64,000 nucleotides of DNA from Candidatus Eiseniibacteriota bacterium (GTDB taxonomy: Bacteria; Eisenbacteria; RBG-16-71-46; JABDJR01): positions 1,372,572-1,436,571 of the forward strand of contig CAVXKA010000002.1 of NCBI GenBank assembly GCA_963762255.1, read 5' to 3'. A program made the translations under genes and the position numbers. Of this stretch, positions 55,751 to 64,000 are shown one piece after another; the first letter of the stretch is position 1; the number at the start of each line of letters is the position of its first letter. The notes under the pieces are model-generated. The model did no database searches. It was not told the origin of the DNA and saw nothing but the letters and a program-made list of their open reading frames with translations.

Positions 55751-58232
55751 ATGATCGATCAGGCCTGAAGTGGATACGCGACCGCCTCGCGCGCGCCGGG
55801 CCGCCTTGGCTCCCTGGGCATTCGTCTTGCTCCTGTCCACCGGCGCCGTCGCCCCCTCGCTCTTTCTGGGCGCGGTCCCGGCCCAGACCGACTCCATCCA
55901 TCAGTTCGGTCCCTGGCTCGACGCCTCGGTATCCCCCCACAACCGACTGAGCGGCGACAGCTTCTTCGTGTACCTACCGGATCGCCTCGAGGCGGTACGG
56001 CAGTGGAAGGAGGGCAAGCTCCCCCTCTGGAACCCCTACGTCGGGTGCGGGGTCCCTCTGCTGGGCCTGCAGACAGCCACGCCGCTCGACCCCCTCCTTC
56101 CCCTGATGCTGCTCTTCCCACTTGGCCTCGCCCTGGGCCTGCAGTACTTCTTCTGCCTTCTTGTCGCCGGGGCCGGCATGATCCTCTACTTGCGGCACCT
56201 GGGGATCCGGCACCGAGCGGCGCTGGCCTTGGCTTCCGGCGCCTACCTCTTGAATCCCTACCATGTCTGCTTCCTGGAGGATCGCGTCTTCCTGGCCGGG
56301 CTCTGCACCCTGCCGGTGTCTCTCTATCTCATGGAGCGCATCCTTCAGGGAAAGGCCCGGCTCGCGTCATGCCGGTCTCCTTGCTCTGGCCGTCGGCTAC
56401 GCCGCCCTCGGCGGCACGCTCCAGACGACCGCGATCGTGGTCGTTCTATTGTTCATCCGCGGAGGGTGGATATTCAGGCGAACGCAAGCGACACTAGCCC
56501 GTAGACACATGAGCCCGACGAGGGCGACCAACGGCCGTGGGCCTCTGAGGTGGACGAGGGCGGGATCAACTCACGAATCCACGTTGGCGAAGAGAATGGC
56601 GATCGTTCTCGCGGCCCTCGCCCTCGGCTTGGCCATCGCCGCTCCCGCGTGGATCGCGGGACTGGAGCTCTTCGGCCAAAGCTCACGCGCCGAAACAGCC
56701 CGCTCCTACTATGCCGACTCCAATTACCTCTCCTGGCGGGTCGCCGGGCTGTGGATGAACGCGGAGCTCTTCGGCTCACCTTCCGAACCCAGCGAAGTCC
56801 TTTGGCGCCTCTTCCATCGAACCCACGCAGCCGGGTCGGGCTGGGGAGCCCTCGGTGTCCTGCCGCTCGCCCTGGCCGCCCTCGCCGCTCTCCGGTGCCG
56901 AAGTCGTGAGGTGAGATTCTGGCTCGTGCTCGGCCTCTCGGTTCCCGCCCTCTTGGTGGTCCTGTCCACCCCACTCGGCCGCGCCCTGCACCGCGCGCTG
57001 CCCTTTCTGGGACACGTGGATCTCTTGCGCGGCCTGATCGTGTGGAACCTCGCCGGCACCGTTCTCGCCGCCTTCGGCGCGGTCCGCCTTTTCCGGGCAT
57101 GGCGGAGCCCGCGTCGCCGCGGCTGGCTTCTTTACCTCATCGCGTTCCTGATCGTTGGACTCTCGGCGATGTCTCTTGCCCGGGCGGGTCTGGGAGCACG
57201 GACTTCCCTGCTAGGGCAGGCGGCGCTGCCCGCGACCGTCATCGGTCCACGCTTGTGATCGGGTTCCTTCCGCGCTCGAGGCGCATGGATGGCGGGAAGC
57301 CGTGGATGGTGTGCCTTGTGGCGGTATTGGACCTCACGACCCTTCATCTTCACCTACAACACCTTTGCGCGAGCGGAAACCGCGTTTCCCCAGGCGCCCG
57401 GGCTCCCCGAGCTTCAAGCCATGATGGGACCGCCGGGGTACTCGCGACTTCTCATCCCGCATGCCGTCGGAGCGCTGCCGCCCAACACCGCGTCGGTCTA
57501 CCGGCTGGAGGACATCCGTATCTACTCCAATACGCCCATCGCGCGGTTCAGGACGATGATCGAGTCGCGGAAGACCGTGCCGTGGAGAGAAACGCTTTCC
57601 TGATCGACCACCCCGAGTCGCCGGTCTACCGCCTTCTGGGAGGATCCCTCGCCTTCGGCTCGACCGTGAGGGAAGGCCGCCATGAGGTTTTCCTGGCCCG
57701 CAAGGAGGATGCGATGCCGCGCGCATTCCTGGCCCGTCGGGTCGAGGTGGTCCCGGACGAGTCAACGATGCGCCGTGTGCTCTCCGACCCCGCGTTCAAT
57801 CCGCGAGGGATCGCATACGTAGAGGCGGGATCAGGTATCGACGCGTTCTCCGCTCCGTCCGCGACGGCGGACCGCGTCCGGATCTCCGCCCGCGACACGG
57901 ATTGTGTGACGATCGAAGTCGTCAACGATGCCCCGGGCCTGCTGGTTCTCGCCGACACGTTCTATCCCGGATGGAAGGCGCACCGGGATGGCGAGGAGGT
58001 TCCAATCGTTCCTGTCGACTGGGGTCTGCGCGGCGTCCTCCTGCCGCCGGGAAGTCACGTGGTGGAGATGCGCTACCGGCCGGACTGGCTCGTCCCCGCG
58101 TTCGTCGTGTCGCTCAGCGGGCTGTTGGTGGCACTGGCGGCGACTGCTCGACGGCCGCGACTACCAGCGTTTCGCTCGGTGCGCTCTCGTTCAGGTTCAC
58201 GTCCGCCGCGGTGCACCAGTAGCGATACGTGA
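55751..58232 (+). CDS. YfhO-like GT-C membrane protein, frameshifted
   Basis: GKLPLWNPYVGCGVPL, many TMs, AMPRAFL, GLLVLADTFYPGWKA..DG, G.H.VEMRYRP across four ORFs. Confidence 0.8.
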
Positions 58233-58490
58233 AATCCGCCTGCACCCGAATGATCACCGAATCCCCAGCCTCACCGCTGAACCCGTAGGCCTCCACATCG
58301 GTGTAGGTGTCGATCGTGCCTTCAGCACCGACCCGAAGGCAACCGCCCGCACCTCAGGCGGCGGCCACTGCCGACGATAGAGGCTCAGCCAGTAGCGGCC
58401 CGTGTCGTCCCCCGTCTGATCGCTCACCCGCAACGTATAGGAACCGGAACGGGGAAGAGCAAGGTACATGTCAACCCGGTAGGAGTCCTG
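58190..58490 (-). pseudogene. Fragment of a secreted protein with PPC-like beta domains
   Basis: LPRSGSYTLRVSD..GDDTGRY.LSL and GTIDTYTDVEAYGFSGEAGDSVIIRV in two frames; no start or signal peptide. Confidence 0.5.
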
Positions 58491-58832
58491 CGCGGGGGGG
58501 GAGGAGATTCCACAACCAGGAGCGGCTGCACAGCTCCCTGCGAGACCGACCCCCGGCACCGGAGGCTGTCGCTCCTATCCCAAGGCTCGTGGTTCTAACA
58601 TAGGATGTGGTACAACAACCGGAGGCAGGTCATCGGGGAGGCGTGCAATCCGTTTCGGAGCTGACGCCGCACAGATCAGGCCCGGAGGGGCCGGCGTCGG
58701 GGAATTACCCGAACTTGTACAGGCTGGAACTTGCACGATTGTAACGCGGTAACCGTCTGGCCCTGTACAGGCCGGATACCGGTATGATCCCGGCCGCCTA
58801 CACTGAAACGCACACACTCCCGTCGCTTCTGA

Positions 58833-59285
58833 TCACCGCATGAGGACAATTCGCATCAGGCGGCTCGCTCTGTCGGCTTCAAGCTTCATGAAGTAGATCC
58901 CCGCAGGCACCAGCCGCCCGGTTTCATCTGCGCCGCCCCACGCAGCCTCGTGCTCTCCGGCACTCAGTGTTCCGGAAGACACGTTCTTTACCAGCCTCCC
59001 GACCAAGTCAAAGATCCGTATCGACACGTCCGCGTTCGACGGTAGAGTGAAGTACAGTGTCGTCGCTCCACTCGTCGGATTCGGTGCCGCACGAGCTGCT
59101 AAGCCCGCGGCGACAGGCACTTCGACGGATACCGGGCCAAAGCGCTCCCTCTGTCCAGAGCGCCCCACCGCTTCTATCTCGTACTCGTAGCGGATTCCGG
59201 GGAGAGCGGAGGGGTCGTGGAACTCATACTCGGGACCTCCGGTGACCAGTGAATCGCACAGTCCTAACCAGTCACTCGTGTCCCC
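58833..59285 (-). pseudogene. 3' remnant of a secreted protein with a FlgD-Ig (T9SS-CTD-like) tail, cut by IS3
   Basis: Frame open from the IS3 edge: GDTSDW...YEFHDPSALPGIRYEYEIEAV...FGPVSV...APNPTSG...IFDLVGRLV...W.G.DETGRLVPAGIYF. Confidence 0.8.
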
Positions 59286-59615
59286 TGAGCTTGACCCGCC
59301 TTCATGGACGTTTCCTGAAAGGCGGTTAGGATGTCAGGCATGAGAAAGAACGGTGGGCGCCGCGTGCGGCGAGTCTTCACGGAGGAGTTCCGGGCCGGGG
59401 CGGTTCGCCTCGTCCTGGATGAGGGCAAGACCGTCGGGTCCGTGGCCCGGGATCTGGATCTGACCCCGTCCGCACTCGGGAACTGGGTAAGGCATGCCCG
59501 GGCCGATCGTACGAGGGGCAAGTCCGGTGGGTTGACCAGCGCCGAGCGGGTGGAGCTGTCGCAGCTTCGCAAGGAGAACCGGCAGCTGCGCATGGAGCGC
59601 GACATCCTAAAAAAA

Positions 59616-60944
59616 GGTTCTTCACGACTTTCCGGGAAAGGCTGCCCGGATCTTTAGGAAGAAGTAGGCGTCGTCCCGGAAGCCGTAGGCCATTCGTTTG
59701 ATGACCTTGATCTTGTTGTTGATCCCCTCGAGCACGCTGGTGTGGAGCGGGTAACGGCAGTGCGCCAGGATGCCCGGCAGTTTTCGCTTGAGATTTCGGG
59801 CGAACTGGACCAGGGCCGGGATGCGACTGCGGACCGCCCAGCCGTACCACTCGTTCCAGGCCCGTCGGGCAGCTCCGGCGTACCGGTATCGCCACAGCTC
59901 CTTGAGCGCGTCCTTCAGCACGTAGACCACCCACAACCGCCGGTTCACCGCCAGGAGCTGCTTCAGGCGAACGCGCTCGTCCGGACGCAGGTTCTTCGCG
60001 TTGCGCAGCAGCAGCCACCGCGTCCCTTTGATGACCCGGCGCCGATCACGCGTTCCGTACTTGTTTCCCGCTCGGGCCACGCGGTTGGTCTCATCGACCC
60101 GCACACGATCCACCACCTCCCGGCCATACTTCGCCACCACGTGGAACAGGTCGTAGACGATGGCCGCCTGAGGACAGTGGGCCCGGGTCTCCAACTCGTA
60201 GGCCTCGCTCATGTCCATCACCACCACGTCGATCCGGGCGCAGCCCGCGGGCCCCAGCTGCTCGAAGAACCGACGGATGTCCTCTCGGCCACGCCCGCGG
60301 CCGATCCACAGGACCTTTGACGTCAGGGGGTCCACGACGCTCGTGGCGTAGCGATGCCCCTTCTGGATCGCGAACTCGTCGATCGCGATCTGCCGGACCT
60401 CGCCAAGGTCCACGGGACCCACTCGCGTGGCGAGTGCGGCGCGGTCGATCGCCTTCACCGTGTCCCAGCTCAACTGGAAGTGTGCGGCGACCTGCTTGAT
60501 GGGCAGGATGTACGCCAGCCGGGCCACGCTCTCGGCGAACCGCTTCGTCATCCGCTGATAGCGATCCAGCCACAGCACGGCTTCAACGGTGGGGCCGCAG
60601 CGGGGACACTTGAGTCGGGCCCGGGGCAGGATCAGCCAAGTCTCGGCCTCGAGGATGGGCAGGTCCCGGACTTCCCGGGGCGTGATGTCGTGGATCTCGG
60701 CCACGACGGCGCCGCACCGACCGCAGCACCGGGGCTCCCCGGGGAGGGGCTCCAACGTCAACAGGATCCTCGGAGCCTCGTGTTCCGAACCGGCTTCTTC
60801 CCGGCGCACCTCGACCAGCCGATACCCGGGCCAGCCCCCCAGCAGCGCCGTAATCTCCTCGTATGCCATCGCGACCCTCCAGGCGCCACAGCATGAGATC
60901 CGCAGCCGAAAGTGTCACCCCATCCCGGAAATCCCCGAAGAACC
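59616..60944 (-). mobile_element. ISL3-family element with 8 bp TSD
   Basis: IRs GGTTCTTC-N5-TTTCCGGGA at both ends; TSD TAAAAAAA at 59608-59615 and 60945-60952. Confidence 0.93.
59622..60869 (-). CDS. ISL3 transposase
   Basis: CGRCG/CPRCG Zn finger, IAIDEFA, MDMS, DLFHV, EGINNKIKVIKRMAYGFR. Confidence 0.95.
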   Translation of the reverse strand: MAYEEITALLGGWPGYRLVEVRREEAGSEHEAPRILLTLEPLPGEPRCCGRCGAVVAEIHDITPREVRDLPILEAETWLILPRARLKCPRCGPTVEAVLWLDRYQRMTKRFAESVARLAYILPIKQVAAHFQLSWDTVKAIDRAALATRVGPVDLGEVRQIAIDEFAIQKGHRYATSVVDPLTSKVLWIGRGRGREDIRRFFEQLGPAGCARIDVVVMDMSEAYELETRAHCPQAAIVYDLFHVVAKYGREVVDRVRVDETNRVARAGNKYGTRDRRRVIKGTRWLLLRNAKNLRPDERVRLKQLLAVNRRLWVVYVLKDALKELWRYRYAGAARRAWNEWYGWAVRSRIPALVQFARNLKRKLPGILAHCRYPLHTSVLEGINNKIKVIKRMAYGFRDDAYFFLKIRAAFPGKS

Positions 60945-61835
60945 TAAAAAAAGCGGCGGCCTTCTTCGCCAAGGAGAACGGGTAAGGTTCGCGTTCGTCC
61001 AGGCTGAGAAGGCCAACGTTCCGGTCGCGACGCTCTGCCGCATCCTCAAGATTTCGCGCAGCGGATACTACGCGTGGCTCGAACGTCCCGAGTCGGTGCA
61101 CGCGCAGCGTGATCGGCAGCTACGTGTGCACGTGCGGGCGTCGTTCGAGGCCAGCCGGATGCGCTACGGCAGTCCTCGCGTCTGGGAGGACCTGGTCGAG
61201 GACGATATCCACGTCAGCCGCAAGCGGGTCGTGCGCCTGATGCAGGAGCAGGGCCTGCGGGCGCGGGCGCGCAAGCGTTTCAAGTCGACGACGATGAGCG
61301 ATCACGACCAGCCGGTCGCGGCCAACCTGCTGAACCGGGAGTTCACCGCCCCGGCCCCGAACCAGCGCTGGGTCGGCGACACCACGGAGTTCGTGATCGG
61401 CAGCAGCGGCAAGCTGTACCTGGCGGCGATCCTCGACCTGTTCTCGCGGTTCGTCGTCGGCTGGGCGATCAGCGCGATCAACGATCGACACCTAGCAAAG
61501 CGGGCACTCGATGGGGCGCTGAAGCGCCGCTGTCCGGACAGCGGCCTGCTGCACCACTCCGACCAGGGCAGTCCGTACGCGAGCGAGGACTACCAGACGG
61601 TGCTCGAGGCGCAGGGCATCACCTGCAGCATGAGCCGGCGCGGCAACTGCTTCGACAACGCCGTCATGGAGAGCTTCTTCTCGACGGTGAAGAGCGAACT
61701 GAGCGACCGGTTCGACAGCTGCGGCGAGGCCAAAATGGAGCTGTTCGATTACATCGAGGTGTTCTATAACCAGCGGCGTCGGCACTCGACGATCGGCCAG
61801 ATCAGCCCGGCAGCCTTCGAGCGAGCACGGGCGAC

Positions 61836-63176
61836 TCAGGCAGCGTAGGCAAACCGTCCACAAGATCGGGGCAAGCACACCTTCGCAACACGCAGACCAA
61901 AGTCTTCGGAGAAGTTGCCCCCCGGGAAGAAGCCTATGCGAAGGGCGGATCGGCACGTGACAGGGCCACACTGGAAGCAACCGCCTCGCTGGACCCGGGA
62001 CATGCCCGAGTCCGGGCCTTTCGGATCCGTGGCGTCGCCACCATCGCCACCCGCATACCAATCCCAGCACCACTCCCAAACGTTGCCGTGCATGTCCTTC
62101 AGTCCCCAGGCATTCCCCTGCTTCTGACCTACCGGATGCGTCGTGCTACCCCCGTTGCCGCAGTACCACCCAATCCGGTCCAGATTGGGATCGACAGGGC
62201 TGCATGTGGAGGCTGTGGTGACCCCACCGTTGGCAAACGCCGTCCCGGTTCCCGCTCGGCATGCGTACTCCCACTCGGCCTCCGTCGGCAGTCGATAACC
62301 ATTGGCGCTCAGGTTCCAGGTGACTTCGGCATACGAGATGTGTTCGGCAAGCGAAATGGGGTTGATAGTTGTGACTGCTCCCTGAATGACATACGCAGTA
62401 TCGAGCCCTGCCGCCTTCGAAATCTTGTTGCAGAAAGCGATGGCATCAAACCAGCTAACACGCTCAACGGGCCGATTGAGATCACCGGTGAACTTGGATT
62501 CATTCCATCCCATCGCTGTCTGCCAGTCTGCCTGAGTTACCTCTGTCGATGACAGATAGAACGACTTCGTCAGTGTGACGACATGCTGTGTCTGATCCGG
62601 CAGGAAACCCGGTTCGTCCACCGGGCTGCCCATGGTGAACGTGCCGGCCGGAATCAGCACCATCTCTAGTTCCCTTGGGCAGGCCAGGGTCCTCCCATTG
62701 GGCACGTTGGATAGGGCGGACCACTGGTCGGGCTCATCGTCCCGCGCCTTCAGCGCAAAGTAGAACGTCGTGTTGCACTCCAAGCCAAGCACCGTGAAGG
62801 TCTGGGAGCCACCTGGCGCCCACGGTGTAGGCTCACCGGCAGCTTGCGTGGCCGACCCCCAGTTGTCCTCGGTGATCGTCCCCGTCGAGTAGCGAACATC
62901 GTACTCCGTGGCCATGACGACGGTGTGGCGACTGTCTCCAGCATCGTCTCCGGGGGCCGTCCAGCTCAGGGTAATGCCGTATGTTGTCGGGGAACCGGCG
63001 GCCAAGTTGGTCACTGCGGAGGGAGGTATCGTGTCCCCCGGATTCGTACCCTTGTCGTTCCCACCACACCCAATTCCTAGCATCTCCAAAGTCAGGAGAA
63101 CCACCGACAGACTGGTGACACGAAGCCAGTGGGCTCCCTTGCGATCGAAATCTGCTGACTCCTGGGCAGGCTTCAT
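61836..63176 (-). CDS. Lipoprotein with FN3 and FGE-sulfatase (SUMF1-like) domains; last codons supplied by the IS3 end
   Basis: GIGC lipobox, SWTAPGDD..YDVRYS FN3, IPAGTFTMGS, TEVTQ, PVERVSW, RLPTEAEWEYACRAG, DMHGNVWEWC, RGGC, GLRVA. Confidence 0.88.
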   Translation of the reverse strand: MKPAQESADFDRKGAHWLRVTSLSVVLLTLEMLGIGCGGNDKGTNPGDTIPPSAVTNLAAGSPTTYGITLSWTAPGDDAGDSRHTVVMATEYDVRYSTGTITEDNWGSATQAAGEPTPWAPGGSQTFTVLGLECNTTFYFALKARDDEPDQWSALSNVPNGRTLACPRELEMVLIPAGTFTMGSPVDEPGFLPDQTQHVVTLTKSFYLSSTEVTQADWQTAMGWNESKFTGDLNRPVERVSWFDAIAFCNKISKAAGLDTAYVIQGAVTTINPISLAEHISYAEVTWNLSANGYRLPTEAEWEYACRAGTGTAFANGGVTTASTCSPVDPNLDRIGWYCGNGGSTTHPVGQKQGNAWGLKDMHGNVWEWCWDWYAGGDGGDATDPKGPDSGMSRVQRGGCFQCGPVTCRSALRIGFFPGGNFSEDFGLRVAKVCLPRSCGRFAYAA

Positions 63177-63346
63177 GAACCATTCTCCTTCGACCTGATG
63201 GGATGGGGGCGCGTCTTTGTCGAGTCGCGGCAGCATACCGTTCGCGGCAGCGGCAGTCTATGCCGGGCACCGCGAATCGGGTGAAAGACGGTCATTCGAG
63301 ACGGGCGCGAGCGGGAGGTCCGCGGTCAAGATCTGAGGGGCACGAA

Positions 63347-63446
63347 GGCCGAAATCGCGCCCAGGCGGCGATAGTGCCCACTCGAAGGGCAGTTTTCGAG
63401 TGGGTAGGAAACATGCGTCTCCCCCCTCGACTCGCGGGGCTGCGCC
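63347..63446. repeat. ~100 bp element copy 2
   Basis: Core CCCACTCGAA-GGGCAGTT-TTCGAGTGGG (63377-63404); same orientation as copy 1. Confidence 0.85.
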
Positions 63447-63591
63447 TCGTGATCAGGCCATCGAGACGCGCGGGCGGGCGGTCCGTGGTCAGTTCTGAGT
63501 CGACACGAACAGGTTCTTCGGTGGGGCCCGGCCCACGCGCCGACCGACCCCCGTCGGCGGCTGACACCGGTTCGAGCGCCTTGGCGGAGGA

Positions 63592-64000
63592 TTATCGGTA
63601 GCGCGCTTTGATCAACCCCCACGTCGACCGCTCGACGAGAACCGAATTAGCGACCACCCGCAGGAGCGCGTGTTTCTCCACTGCCGAATTCTCCAGGCTC
63701 GCAAAGCCAACGTGGATGTTCGGAGACAACGCTTTGATCATGAACCCTACATACCCGGCACCGCCTGATGCCGTTGTCTGCACGAACGAGGTCACGTCGA
63801 AGTCCCTGTCCGGTAGCGTGCCTACCGTGTCCGTGAACGCGGATAGAAACTCCGCGTCACGGGCGTCTTCCACGGTCACCACACCGTCGCCAAGAGAACC
63901 ATGAAGTTCGAAGGTCCCGATGTCCCCCAATGTCCCTCCGTACTGGTAGCCCGGGAGGATCAGGGTGGCGGACACGATAGAGCTTCCGGCGGGGATGTCG
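63592..64000 (-). CDS. 3' end of a probable secreted protein with a C-terminal TWGLIKARYR motif
   Basis: DIPAGSSIVSATL (DNRLRE-like) ... SVLVERSTWGLIKARYR*; frame open to the window edge. Confidence 0.7.
   Translation of the reverse strand, partial: DIPAGSSIVSATLILPGYQYGGTLGDIGTFELHGSLGDGVVTVEDARDAEFLSAFTDTVGTLPDRDFDVTSFVQTTASGGAGYVGFMIKALSPNIHVGFASLENSAVEKHALLRVVANSVLVERSTWGLIKARYR

Larger units (their letters stand above)
59286..61879 (+). mobile_element. IS3-family element, interrupted by an ISL3
   Basis: IRL TGAGCTTGACCCG..TGGACG vs IRR (reverse complement) TGTGCTTGCCCCG..TGGACG; orfA 59331.. HTH plus leucine zipper; orfB DDE (WVGDTT, HSDQGS, DNAVMESFF) ends 61848. Confidence 0.93.

Noticed and set aside
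61836-62100. Diversity-generating retroelement targeting the FGE/C-type-lectin C-terminus
   Set aside because: No reverse transcriptase and no adenine-variant template repeat seen in the window
55286-63446. CRISPR array or integron attC interpretation of the repeats
   Set aside because: Only two copies 8 kb apart; no spacers, cas genes, intI or attC core sites

Overview
GC-rich bacterial chromosome segment, probably FCB-group (Ca. Eisenbacteria/Krumholzibacteriota-like; inferred from FlgD-Ig tails, a C-terminal TWGxIKxxYR motif and yicC-gmk-rpoZ-coaBC-udg-dnaB synteny). From left to right: pckA and aspartate aminotransferase; arsR-arsM; a GtrA/GT-C/GT2 glycosylation cassette flanked by a ~700 bp direct duplication; a sigma54-driven nuoE-like / nuoF-gltD fusion / 2Fe-2S / GltB-FMN-domain operon whose activator has a degenerate receiver; a two-gene insert encoding a triple-GAF STAND ATPase and a STAND ATPase-TIR protein (best candidate for an undescribed sensing/defence system); clpB; an ABC-2 exporter plus membrane PP2C; core genes (ddl, ispDF, radA, mlaEFD, dnaB with an upstream DnaA-box cluster, udg, coaBC, rpoZ, gmk, yicC); an indel-rich, probably low-quality stretch (~45-58 kb: rqcH, fbp, lat, yajQ, accC, mutase, YfhO-like); and an accessory end with an ISL3 nested in the slippery site of an IS3, bounded by two copies of a ~100 bp palindrome-cored repeat. 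All calls come from motif recognition by eye; no database searches were run.
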